Shown here piece after piece: positions 9,729-18,492 of a stretch of 64,000 nucleotides of DNA. Every line of letters starts with the position of its first letter. The stretch's first letter is position 1. The stretch is from an uncultured Candidatus Saccharibacteria bacterium (GTDB lineage Bacteria > Patescibacteriota > Minisyncoccia > 2-02-FULL-40-12 > GWA2-44-9): positions 26,600 through 90,599 of the forward strand of contig CAYHIK010000002.1 of assembly GCA_964356795.1 (NCBI GenBank). Direction: 5' to 3'. The translations under genes and the position numbers were made by a program. Below the pieces are notes generated by a model, which saw only the letters and a list, made by a program, of their open reading frames with translations, had not been told where the DNA came from and made no database searches.

Positions 9729-10850
9729 CTATCGTCGCCCACTCCCCTCGTCATCAGTGCACATATTCTCTCGCTCGATGAGCATCACTGGCGGAATCGA
9801 GAGAAATGTCTCACGAATGATGTCGAGGTATCCTGAGCCGTATTCGTGAGACGGCTCGATTGCGGTTCCCTCTGCATGCTCACTGTACGACGTGATATAC
9901 GCGTACGGCATGATGGGGGCACCGCATGAATTCACTGCGAAAGAGCGAACCGTCTCAGCGTACGCTCGCGCCATGTCAAGCGAGCCCCTAAACTGAAGAC
10001 CGGAGCGTCCGGGAATGCGCGTTTCGTCGTATGCGAATCCCATGGGCAAAATGATTCGCACATGCGGCGCGTTCTTCAGAATCCACGCAGACCAGTCGGC
10101 CACTGCGAATCGGTACTCCTCCAGAAACTGCTGGGACATATCGGCGCCGTAGCGCTGTCTATCGTAGAATCCATACGACGTGATAGCGTCCATTCCTCGA
10201 ATGGAACGGGCGAGATCCGGTCGCAGATGGAATGGCGATGAGAAATCCGATCCGATGAGGAAGAATGTCGCACGCTCACGTGCGCGTGCGACAGCCTCAT
10301 CAAACGGCCCCCGAAAGACATGGGAAATCCAGATGAACACCACGGGACGACCATCGATGCGCATGAAGCGCTCCGGATGCACATTGAAAAACGTGTTCTG
10401 GAGATGCTCCATATCGGAGATGAACATGTCGGCGTTCTTCGCATCCGAGAAGTCCACCTCGCCCCTGGCATTCTGCGTCATTCGACCCGGACCAACCGCT
10501 TCGTAGAGAATGCCAATCTGTGGGCCAGGAATCGAGAGGTACTGATGGAGGTACTCATCACCCGCATACGTATCACGAGCCCACCACGATACCAGTGGAA
10601 CGATGCCATTCGCTTCCATCTCCGCATTCTGCTCGCGAATAATGTCCGGATTTGCGGAGACGTACCCACCCATCGGATTATCGTTCCGAATGGGCATCGT
10701 TCCTGAGGTCGCCCATGAACCGGGAACCGTCCACCAGTTCGCAAAGTGCGCAAACACGGGGATGGTCGTCACCTGTCGGACGCTCTGCGGTTCACTCGCA
10801 CCAATCAAGAGCAACGCCACTGCCACAATCATGCCACGTGCACGTCGCAT
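9729..10850 (-). CDS. Secreted GH99/GH71-like glycoside hydrolase
   Basis: Signal peptide; VSWW, ILYE, IDGRPVVFIW and SYSEHAEGTAIEPS (ExxE catalytic motif of GH99-like enzymes). Confidence 0.78.
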   Translation of the reverse strand: MRRARGMIVAVALLLIGASEPQSVRQVTTIPVFAHFANWWTVPGSWATSGTMPIRNDNPMGGYVSANPDIIREQNAEMEANGIVPLVSWWARDTYAGDEYLHQYLSIPGPQIGILYEAVGPGRMTQNARGEVDFSDAKNADMFISDMEHLQNTFFNVHPERFMRIDGRPVVFIWISHVFRGPFDEAVARARERATFFLIGSDFSSPFHLRPDLARSIRGMDAITSYGFYDRQRYGADMSQQFLEEYRFAVADWSAWILKNAPHVRIILPMGFAYDETRIPGRSGLQFRGSLDMARAYAETVRSFAVNSCGAPIMPYAYITSYSEHAEGTAIEPSHEYGSGYLDIIRETFLSIPPVMLIERENMCTDDEGSGRR

Positions 10851-10950
10851 ACTTCACCTCCTTCGTTTTCAAAGATGCGCACACAATAGCACCCTCGTAT
10901 CGGGCGTCAAAAAAAGCATCCGGAACATAGTGTTCGGGATGCTTAGAATG

Positions 10951-11184
10951 CTACTCGGATCTTTCCGAGATGCGGGCGAGATAGATGAGGATGTTCATCG
11001 CCGCAGGAAGCACGATGAGTAAATCCATTCGCTTCACAAGGTCGTCGCCACCAATGAGCTGGAACAACGTCATCGAGCATGCAACCCATGCAGCTGCGCC
11101 ACCGATTCCGAGAAGTAGGAAGGCAGCAACGCGATGCCGCTCACTCCAGCGTGAACCGTACTGCAGAAACTCTTCACGTGTCAT
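10951..11184 (-). CDS. Small two-TM hypothetical protein
   Basis: Start overlaps the upstream stop codon (TGATG); two hydrophobic segments. Confidence 0.6.
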   Translation of the reverse strand: MTREEFLQYGSRWSERHRVAAFLLLGIGGAAAWVACSMTLFQLIGGDDLVKRMDLLIVLPAAMNILIYLARISERSE

Positions 11185-11393
11185 CACCGCACCACCTGCT
11201 TCCGTGGGCCAAGCGGACGAGGAGGAAAACCACACTCATGATCCGCGAGACGCTCGCGCCAGCACGAACCATCGAAGTGACCAATCGTGCCCGATGGCAC
11301 CAATGGCCCCCAGTGCTTGATGTACACACCCGTCTTCAGCCCGCAGTCACTGCAGGGCATGTCACCGAAATCGCCTCTCTGCGTGTCCGCCAT
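11184..11393 (-). CDS. Small putative zinc-binding protein
   Basis: GGAGG RBS; CSDC...HWG...C motif. Confidence 0.65.
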   Translation of the reverse strand: MADTQRGDFGDMPCSDCGLKTGVYIKHWGPLVPSGTIGHFDGSCWRERLADHECGFPPRPLGPRKQVVR

Positions 11394-11409
11394 GCGACAC
11401 CTCCAACAT

Positions 11410-11661
11410 CTATGCCGAATGCTCCTTCGCGAATCCTACGCGCCCAATGTATTCCACGCAAGCCACTTCGGGAATCTCCTGAAGCGCAGCTCTCCACGCA
11501 TCAACAGACTCATCCTCCTCGACCCGCACGCCATAGATGCGACCGTTGTCCGTGAACGCGAGCGCCCACTCCCCCCACCCAGTAGCTCCTAGCTCCCGCG
11601 TGAGTTGCTGAATCACCTCGACACTCACATCACTCCGAAAAATCACCAGCAAGACTCGCAT
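11410..11661 (-). CDS. Small hypothetical protein (ferredoxin-like/peptidase prodomain-like pattern)
   Basis: GGAGG RBS; LLVIF...IYGVRV...PEVACVE alternating beta/alpha pattern. Confidence 0.6.
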   Translation of the reverse strand: MRVLLVIFRSDVSVEVIQQLTRELGATGWGEWALAFTDNGRIYGVRVEEDESVDAWRAALQEIPEVACVEYIGRVGFAKEHSA

Positions 11662-11771
11662 ACCCGCCTCCATCCGATTGCGCGCTATTCTGCATCTAAT
11701 AGGATAATTAGTCAATTGCCCTAAGAAAAACCGCCATCGCTTTCGCGTGGCGGCCTACTGCCCTTCTTCGG

Positions 11772-12044
11772 CTACTCGTCGATCTCTTCGCCTCCCTCGC
11801 GGCGGATGAGGAGCTCCAGCGGATCCGGTCTTTCGTCGACAATCCGAGAAACCGAGGCCTTCCGATCGGGCAGCTGGAGACAAGAGACTCTTCGCGGGAC
11901 TCCCACCACAGCGCGACCGAACTCGCCGCGCACTTCGGGAACGGGAGTCCACCAGCGCTCCGGCAGACGGAACGATTTCACCCGAGCGATTCGAGTATCT
12001 TCTTCGAGCGCCTCAGGGCAACACGTGTAGCTCGCAAATGACAT
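11772..12044 (-). CDS. Hypothetical protein
   Basis: TTGCTA...TATAAT promoter and AGGAGG RBS upstream; hairpin downstream. Confidence 0.65.
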   Translation of the reverse strand: MSFASYTCCPEALEEDTRIARVKSFRLPERWWTPVPEVRGEFGRAVVGVPRRVSCLQLPDRKASVSRIVDERPDPLELLIRREGGEEIDE

Positions 12045-12108
12045 GATGCTACCTCCTGAATTTAATTATATCACACTTTCGAGTAAATAGCAATACCCAC
12101 CGCCCCCC

Positions 12109-12441
12109 CTACACCGCTAACGCAGCGTCGATTTTTGCCGCGAGAATAAAGTCGTTTTTGAACAGGCCGTTAATAGCGTGCGTGGTGAGTGTCACCTCGA
12201 GATACCCCCACCCAAAACGAATATCGGGATGATGCCCCTCCGATTCGGCAAGAGCTCCAATACTATCCACCGCCGTGAGCGTTGATGCGAAATCTGGAAA
12301 CTTCCACTCACGTACGATGTGATGATTCTCCACTGCACGCCATTGAGGCACATGAGCAATAAGCTCACTCACTTCCGCTTCGGTGAGCGGTGGCACGCCA
12401 CCTTCGCATGGTACGCATTTCGCTTGTGTGAGATCTTCCAT
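12109..12441 (-). CDS. phhB: Pterin-4-alpha-carbinolamine dehydratase
   Basis: CVPCEGG, AESEGHHPDI and THAINGL...DFILAAKID motifs. Confidence 0.93.
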   Translation of the reverse strand: MEDLTQAKCVPCEGGVPPLTEAEVSELIAHVPQWRAVENHHIVREWKFPDFASTLTAVDSIGALAESEGHHPDIRFGWGYLEVTLTTHAINGLFKNDFILAAKIDAALAV

Positions 12442-12539
12442 ATATAAAAAATTGTTTTGTTTATCCGAGAGATAGTATATCAGAATTAATGAAGCTCGAT
12501 AAAAAAAACCGGACTCACAGAGTCCGGTCGTGCTATCAA

Positions 12540-12788
12540 CTAGCCCTGACCCGCCCCTTGAGCGACACCGGCATCCCTCAAGAAGTCGGGATCCCAGCCG
12601 TAATCTTCAACGGTGATCTCGCCGTAGGTAATCCGACCATGGCCGAATTCGGTATTGAATCCACCAGTTGCGAGCTCCGAGCTTGTCTTCGAATGGAAGC
12701 CAGCCCGACGCTCTGCCGCAGCGAATTCTTTCCGAGTGATTTCTCGCCACTTCCCCTCACCAATCCGAAGCCAATATCTTTCTGACAT
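12540..12788 (-). CDS. Hypothetical protein
   Basis: GAGGAGG RBS; start coupled to the upstream stop codon. Confidence 0.65.
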   Translation of the reverse strand: MSERYWLRIGEGKWREITRKEFAAAERRAGFHSKTSSELATGGFNTEFGHGRITYGEITVEDYGWDPDFLRDAGVAQGAGQG

Positions 12789-13054
12789 CACGCCCTCCTC
12801 GCACATCCTTCGTCAGTCCACTCTCTACGCCTATCCAGATCTGGCTTGGCGGTCTTCACGCGGGTACCGGGCCTGAGGGGTGGACATGACACCGAGGCCT
12901 GCAGAATGTGACGCACCTCTGCGAGGATTTCTTCCGCACTCAGCAATCGCGCGCCCTTGCACTTCGGACAAGTCTCCCGACCAGTCAGGCATCCATCCTC
13001 GATACCACCGTCGAGCACCCATCCGCGACCGTCACACTTGAAACACTGAAACAT
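12788..13054 (-). CDS. Small protein with DnaJ-type CxxCxGxG zinc-finger motifs
   Basis: CFKCDGRG...CPKCKG; GGAGG RBS. Confidence 0.65.
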   Translation of the reverse strand: MFQCFKCDGRGWVLDGGIEDGCLTGRETCPKCKGARLLSAEEILAEVRHILQASVSCPPLRPGTRVKTAKPDLDRRREWTDEGCARRA

Positions 13055-13090
13055 CGCGCGCCTCCAAAAAAATTTGGATGATCTAGGAGC

Positions 13091-13279
13091 CTAATTACTC
13101 CTTATACAACTTGCTTCGATAGGGCATGCCGGGACGATGGACAGGAAATTGCCTTTCGCGCTCTTCTCGTAAGCGACGAAAACCCTCAGAAACTTCCCAA
13201 TCTTCAGCAGGCCCTTGCTTTGACCTCTCGGCTTCCTTCCGATCAGAATCAAGCTCCTTCGCCATAACTTTTCCTCCAT
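13091..13279 (-). CDS. Hypothetical small basic protein
   Basis: ORF downstream of a TTGACA-containing AT-rich segment at 13310-13340. Confidence 0.4.
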   Translation of the reverse strand: MEEKLWRRSLILIGRKPRGQSKGLLKIGKFLRVFVAYEKSAKGNFLSIVPACPIEASCIRSN

Positions 13280-13368
13280 TATTGGTGAACGAGTGAAGTC
13301 TCCCTTAGAAAAGATAACCATAACTAAGTAATTATGTCAAGATGATGCACTAAGTGGAGAAGCGATGT

Positions 13369-13395
13369 ATCGCTCCGGACTTCTCGTCCTGACGC
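13369..13395 (+). repeat. 27-bp direct repeat, copy 1 (copy 2 at 15675-15701)
   Basis: ATCGCTCCGGACTTCTCGTCCTGACGC occurs at both positions. Confidence 0.9.
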
Positions 13396-13413
13396 ATTGA
13401 TGTCAGAACTCGA

Positions 13414-15414
13414 TTAATCGCTAACATTGATAACGATATTGCTGTCGCTGAAGTTATTAGCCCCATCAAACACCCGAACAATAACAGAATATTCTCCTGA
13501 GTCTAGGAATGGAATATAAAATGGCGGCTTAACGGGCAGGAAAACGCTATTATTAATCTTTATATAAAATCCAGCCTGAAGACCGCTTAACGCGTCCTCT
13601 GATGTGAACTCCAGCCGCACAACATCGCCCCTCTTAATTCTGTCGCCACTAACTTTGATGCTTGGCGGCAATGGTGGGATGCTGTCGACCATGATTTTAA
13701 AGCTGGATCGAGGCCCTAATGTACCCGTTTCATCTTTTGCCTGAAGATGAAAATACCAGATGCCGTTATCAACTAAAGCATCCACGTGATTATTTTTGGT
13801 CGATACAACCTTGTCTTCCGTAGGCCATTCAGAATGATTATCTAAACTATAGTAATAAGTACCACCCGAGAGTCCAGGCCAAGATAGCTTGACGGTGGCG
13901 TCTCCGTACCAGCGATTGCTATTTGGATGGCTCGGAGAAAATACTGGGATTTGGTTAGTAATATCGGAGATAGCAAATTCTTGGCGAACAACCTGATAGT
14001 AACCGTTGGTCACGAGGCGAAGCACATCTGTCCCCAGCCCATCATTGGCTAACACCTGAGTCTCATCAGTAAACTCAAGTGAAATTGAACCTATGCTTAG
14101 AGGTTGGATCAACAACTCTGCAACAGTACCGACAGCAGCATAGAACCCCGGGTTAGGGATTCCGCAAGTGATGCGTACCTCTCCTTTTTCTTTATTAATC
14201 TCTTTTTCTAGGAAAAAAGACGGAGCGCAGAATGAATTCATTGTCACAATATCAAGAACCTCTACCACCGTAGGGTCATAATGAACCACTGCGCTTACCA
14301 CATTAATATCTTCGCCGCCGGTAATCACTTCGATGGCTATTAATTTTTCTGAGGATTGCCGAATAACATCTGACTCAGGATTAAATTTTATGACAGAATT
14401 ATAGATAATGTATGGGGACTTCTCGAGGACCAGAGAGGAGTTGTTAAGCTTAAGAAGGTATGCAAAGTATGCTGCACTGAACAGAGCGGCTCCGACCAAC
14501 CAGAAAAATAACGCACTGTGTTTATGGTGATTTAAAAGCCTTGATAAAGAAAATAAGAGATAGAAAACAGAAAATGCCAGTACAGTACCGATCGCGAAGA
14601 AAAAGCTAATCCAGCGGTGCTGGACGGGAAAAAGGATAAGCGCACCACCGGGACTTTTTTCAATTCCAGGGAACACCACATCACGAGCAATGTAGTATTC
14701 ATCACCAATGTTAATTTCTTTTGAAATTCCAGCTATATTTTGAGCTCCATTATCGGAGCCCAAGGAAAAGTAGGTGTTGAGAAGCTTGGTCTTAGTTTTA
14801 TCATTTAGACTATCCCCGACTATCCCCTCCTGAGGTGTGTAGAAAAGAATCTGCGCTCCATATGATAAATATTTTTCCTGAAAGCGATACGCGTATGAAT
14901 CATATAATGAATAACCAATCGTAATGCCTCCGATTTGCGCTCCCCCATCTAAAACCTGGGAGACGCTTACAAAAATTAATGGGACTCTAGGGCCTCGTTC
15001 TATTACTGTTACGGAGCTCGCTTCTCCTTTAGCTATTATTCTGCCGTATGCGGATGTTAGGAAAAAGTTATCTCCCGTCTGAAGGGGTAGATGCGCGCGT
15101 GCAAGCACAAATCCGTTCTTATCTGTTACAACAATGAAATCAAGGGCTCTTTTTTTAGCCTCGGCCTGAGCGACCGCTAAAATCTCTACCGGATTACCCC
15201 TCTTGAGAGGCCCCGTGAATACTTCTGAGGCGAGAATCTGCTCCCTTTGCAAAGAAGCACTTTGGAGCTCCGCTTGAATCCCTCCTTCAACGCGAGATAA
15301 TTGTCGATTAATGCTTTGACTCTCCCAGAGATTCACCAGCTGAGTTGAAGAGAACAGCACACCCTCAAAGACCGAGAGACTTATCGCTAGTATGATAATA
15401 TCCTTACGATGCAA
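13414..15414 (-). CDS. Membrane protein with Cache-like, cohesin-like and Ig-like domains (AT-rich; true start may be ATG 15445, out of frame)
   Basis: TM, then LDFIVVTDKNGFVLARAH (Cache-like), two TMs, INVVSAVVHYDP...VLANDGLGTDVL (cohesin-like) and SPSHPNSNRWY...GIWYFHLQAK. Confidence 0.72.
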   Translation of the reverse strand: MHRKDIIILAISLSVFEGVLFSSTQLVNLWESQSINRQLSRVEGGIQAELQSASLQREQILASEVFTGPLKRGNPVEILAVAQAEAKKRALDFIVVTDKNGFVLARAHLPLQTGDNFFLTSAYGRIIAKGEASSVTVIERGPRVPLIFVSVSQVLDGGAQIGGITIGYSLYDSYAYRFQEKYLSYGAQILFYTPQEGIVGDSLNDKTKTKLLNTYFSLGSDNGAQNIAGISKEINIGDEYYIARDVVFPGIEKSPGGALILFPVQHRWISFFFAIGTVLAFSVFYLLFSLSRLLNHHKHSALFFWLVGAALFSAAYFAYLLKLNNSSLVLEKSPYIIYNSVIKFNPESDVIRQSSEKLIAIEVITGGEDINVVSAVVHYDPTVVEVLDIVTMNSFCAPSFFLEKEINKEKGEVRITCGIPNPGFYAAVGTVAELLIQPLSIGSISLEFTDETQVLANDGLGTDVLRLVTNGYYQVVRQEFAISDITNQIPVFSPSHPNSNRWYGDATVKLSWPGLSGGTYYYSLDNHSEWPTEDKVVSTKNNHVDALVDNGIWYFHLQAKDETGTLGPRSSFKIMVDSIPPLPPSIKVSGDRIKRGDVVRLEFTSEDALSGLQAGFYIKINNSVFLPVKPPFYIPFLDSGEYSVIVRVFDGANNFSDSNIVINVSD

Positions 15415-15578
15415 AAAAAACAGACTTAAGAATCAATTTCCACATTGTATGATAATTATAATACAATGAATTCACCCGCACAATATAACCATATCATCGC
15501 GGCGCAATATTTATTAACCCAAAGCAAGCCCGATCCATACAACCAAAACAAGACCCATATGGGTCTTGTTTTGGTTTA

Positions 15579-15597
15579 TGCTCCGGGACCAGGACTC
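15579..15597 (-). repeat. Duplicated 3' end of tRNA-Asn (att-like, 19 bp)
   Basis: TGCTCCGGGACCAGGACTC is identical to 15774-15792. Each copy is followed on the minus strand by a hairpin terminator. Confidence 0.85.
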
Positions 15598-15775
15598 ACC
15601 GTCGGTCGAAGCATCGCCGTCGCTCCGCTTCGCCTCACGGCTCCGGTCCTCGCGGTATCGCCTACTGGCGACACATCGCTCCGGACTTCTCGTCCTGACG
15701 CGGCCACGTAGGTGGCCGCTGTAACCGAGAGCAGAAAACAAAAACACCCCGCGTTGGGGGTGCTTTTGTTTTCTG

Positions 15776-15847
15776 CTCCGGGACCAGGACTCGAACCTGG
15801 AACCGTCTCGTTAACAGCGAGCTGCTCTACCATTGAGCTATCCCGGA
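15776..15847 (-). tRNA. tRNA-Asn(GTT)
   Basis: TCCGGGA/TCCCGGA acceptor stem, CTCGC-TGTTAAC-GAG anticodon region, GGTTCGAGTCC T-arm; CCA not encoded. Confidence 0.96.
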
Positions 15848-15933
15848 ATGTATATGGTAACTTCTGCGAACATTGCTTAATTCGCCTAGACATTATACCC
15901 TTTTCAGGCTGTTCTTTCAAGGGAGTCATAGAC

Positions 15934-16521
15934 ATGGCACGCGTAATCGTTGATACGGGCCCAATGTTTGGTGGAAAGAGCCTGAAGCTCATTGATCACA
16001 TCATGAACGCCGAATTTCAGGAGCTCGGCGTGGTTGCGCTTCGACCTCAGACCGATCGTCATCCAGAACCATTCATTATCGCACGGCGCGTCATCAAGGG
16101 CGTGCCTCAGGAAGCGATGAAGTGTCCTGCGACTATCGTTACGTCACAGGAACAGTTGAGAGACATCCTCAGTAATCCGCACATCTCGTTGGTTGGCATG
16201 GACGAGGGGCAATTCTTTCCTGAATGGATTGTGGATGAGGTCTCGCGAGCACTCGACATCCGGCGGCGCGAGGATTTCGTCATGGCAATCGCCGGACTCA
16301 ACCTCGACTACGCACGCCGGCCATTCGGTCCAATGCCACAACTCATGGCACTCGCAGAAGAAGTGAACGTATGGCCAGGCGTTTGCATGAAGTGTAAAGG
16401 TCGCTACGGTAAGGGCTTCTACACTCAGCGCGTTCGCGGTGGCACCAACGTGGTGCAACCCGGAGATGCGGGAGATTACGAGGTCAGATGCGGCGCCTGC
16501 CACTATATTTTCACCGAGTAA
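15934..16521 (+). CDS. tdk: Thymidine kinase
   Basis: TGPMFGGKS P-loop, DEGQFF, AGLNLDY...PFG, CxxC...YEVRCxxC. Confidence 0.9.
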   Translation: MARVIVDTGPMFGGKSLKLIDHIMNAEFQELGVVALRPQTDRHPEPFIIARRVIKGVPQEAMKCPATIVTSQEQLRDILSNPHISLVGMDEGQFFPEWIVDEVSRALDIRRREDFVMAIAGLNLDYARRPFGPMPQLMALAEEVNVWPGVCMKCKGRYGKGFYTQRVRGGTNVVQPGDAGDYEVRCGACHYIFTE

Positions 16522-16571
16522 CAGACGACTCCTTTGGGGGTCGTCTTTTTCATATATGATATACTGGATGC

Positions 16572-16793
16572 ATGGGCCGCCGCGTACATCATCGTGTTCG
16601 ATATTTTGCATCAAGCTTCGCAGTTGTCTTTGGCGTGGTGCTCATCTGGCGTGGCATGTGGTACACGCTCGACTGGGTTGATTCAGTCTTTTTTGGAGGT
16701 ACCCACTGGATTTCCGTTGCGGGGGGAATCATCCTCGGCTTCCTCATTCTGTATCTCCCCGACCGCGATCTCTCAGAATTGCGCAAACTCTAG
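16572..16793 (+). CDS. Small two-TM membrane protein
   Basis: VVLIWRGMWYTLD...GIILGFLILYLPD pattern. Confidence 0.75.
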   Translation: MGRRVHHRVRYFASSFAVVFGVVLIWRGMWYTLDWVDSVFFGGTHWISVAGGIILGFLILYLPDRDLSELRKL

Positions 16794-16798
16794 TTTTA

Positions 16799-17194
16799 TT
16801 GTATAGTAAATTCGTCCCCATAGGAGGTGCTTGTGCAGAGACGCAAACGTTCGATGAGCGTGGTTTCACGCTCATCGAACTCATCGTCGTTGTAGCGATT
16901 GTTGCTTTCTTCGCATCTGGTTTTTTGCTCATCACCAGATTCGAGCAGCACAACAAAGAACAATCGGCACTGGCAGAAGCAGAAGTGCAGACCACTCAAG
17001 ATACGACAGAAGCCCAGTTGCTCAAGTTTGCCAGCGAGCTCAAATGGGAACTCGTGGCACACTCGTGTCAAAAGGCCCAGAGTCGAGATGCCTACGTCGA
17101 CTGCACTGTCGGTATCAGAGAGGGTGAGCGCATCACCTATCTCGGTGTACAGTGCGGTAGCTACTGGGGCGGGTGTCGACTCGCTCAACGATAG
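16799..17194 (+). CDS. Type IV pilin-like protein (start uncertain)
   Basis: RG|FTLIELIVVVAI prepilin cleavage/methylation motif; four Cys in the globular part. Confidence 0.75.
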   Translation: MYSKFVPIGGACAETQTFDERGFTLIELIVVVAIVAFFASGFLLITRFEQHNKEQSALAEAEVQTTQDTTEAQLLKFASELKWELVAHSCQKAQSRDAYVDCTVGIREGERITYLGVQCGSYWGGCRLAQR

Positions 17195-17238
17195 CGCGCA
17201 CAACGCAGACGGCTCCCGAGGGAGCCGTCTTTTCATAT

Positions 17239-18492
17239 TTAGTAGTTTTTGAGCTTATCGATTTTTTGGTGCTGACGGATTTTGTCGAGCGCCTTTGCTT
17301 CGATTTGGCGGATGCGTTCGCGTGTCACCGAGAACACACGCCCCACCTCTTCGAGGGTATGCGTGACGCCATCAGTGAGTCCGAACCGCATATCGAGAAT
17401 CTTCTGTTCGCGAGGAGTCAGATCGCTCACGATTTCAGTAACATGCTTTTTGTTAATCATGCGCTGAGCGCTGACTGCAGGAGAAATCGTGTCTTCATCG
17501 GGCACGAAGTTCGCGAGCGATGAATCGTCGTCATCATCGCCAACCGGTGCTTCGAGTGAGACCGTATCTTGAGAAATCTTGATGATGTGGCGAATCTTGT
17601 CGACTTCAACGCCCATCTCGGCAGCAACCTCTTCGGGCAATGGATCACGTCCGAGGTCTTGCACCAGACGGCGCACCACCTGCTGGTATTTATTAATCGT
17701 CTCCACCATGTGGACCGGGATACGAATCGTACGTCCTTGGTCGGCAAGCGCGCGAGTGATTGCTTGGCGAATCCACCACGTTGCATACGTAGAAAACTTA
17801 AATCCTTTCTTGAAGTCGAACTTCTCGACTGCCTTGAATAAGCCGATATTCCCCTCCTGAATCAGATCGAGGAGTGAGAGGTTGGCAGAGCGTCCAACGT
17901 ACTTCTTTGCAATAGACACCACGAGTCGCAAGTTAGACACGGCAAGCTTGGAACGCGCGGCTTCATCTCCACGCTCGATGCGCTTGGCGAGCTCGATTTC
18001 TTCTTCACCCGTGAGAAGCGGGTAGCGTCCAATCTCCTTGAGGTACATCTGCACCGAATCCCCTGCACCGTCGTCGAATTCGGTTTCGATGCGCTTCTTT
18101 TCCTCGTAGACCTTCGCTTCTTTTTCATCAAATACGCGCGTAGATTCGACGACATTAATACTCAATCCCTCGAGCCGTTCGTAGAGCGTCTCGAGACCGT
18201 TAATGTCTTTCTCGATGTTCGGGAACATAGCGAGCATCTCCGCGTGAGTCACAAATCCGCGTGCGCGACCCTTGTCGATGAGCGTCTGCACCAATGCCTC
18301 CGATATGATTTCCTGCTTTGGAGCGCGCGAAGACGACGCTTTCTTGTGCGCCTTCTTCTTGGCAACCTTTCGCACAACCTTCTTCACCTTCTTGTGAGCC
18401 TTTTTGACTGGCTTATGCGCGCGCTTCGCTGGCTTCGATTTCTTTGCCGGCTTTTTTGCTGCTGACTTTTTACGCTTTAGTTTTTTCTTCAT
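17239..18492 (-). CDS. rpoD: RNA polymerase sigma factor RpoD with Lys-rich N-terminus
   Basis: [45 protein letters not shown]; ATGA overlap with the dnaG stop. Confidence 0.97.
   Translation of the reverse strand: MKKKLKRKKSAAKKPAKKSKPAKRAHKPVKKAHKKVKKVVRKVAKKKAHKKASSSRAPKQEIISEALVQTLIDKGRARGFVTHAEMLAMFPNIEKDINGLETLYERLEGLSINVVESTRVFDEKEAKVYEEKKRIETEFDDGAGDSVQMYLKEIGRYPLLTGEEEIELAKRIERGDEAARSKLAVSNLRLVVSIAKKYVGRSANLSLLDLIQEGNIGLFKAVEKFDFKKGFKFSTYATWWIRQAITRALADQGRTIRIPVHMVETINKYQQVVRRLVQDLGRDPLPEEVAAEMGVEVDKIRHIIKISQDTVSLEAPVGDDDDDSSLANFVPDEDTISPAVSAQRMINKKHVTEIVSDLTPREQKILDMRFGLTDGVTHTLEEVGRVFSVTRERIRQIEAKALDKIRQHQKIDKLKNY

Noticed and set aside
18300-18492. Separate histone H1-like gene
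   Set aside because: The Lys/Ala-rich stretch is in frame with RpoD and is its N-terminal extension.
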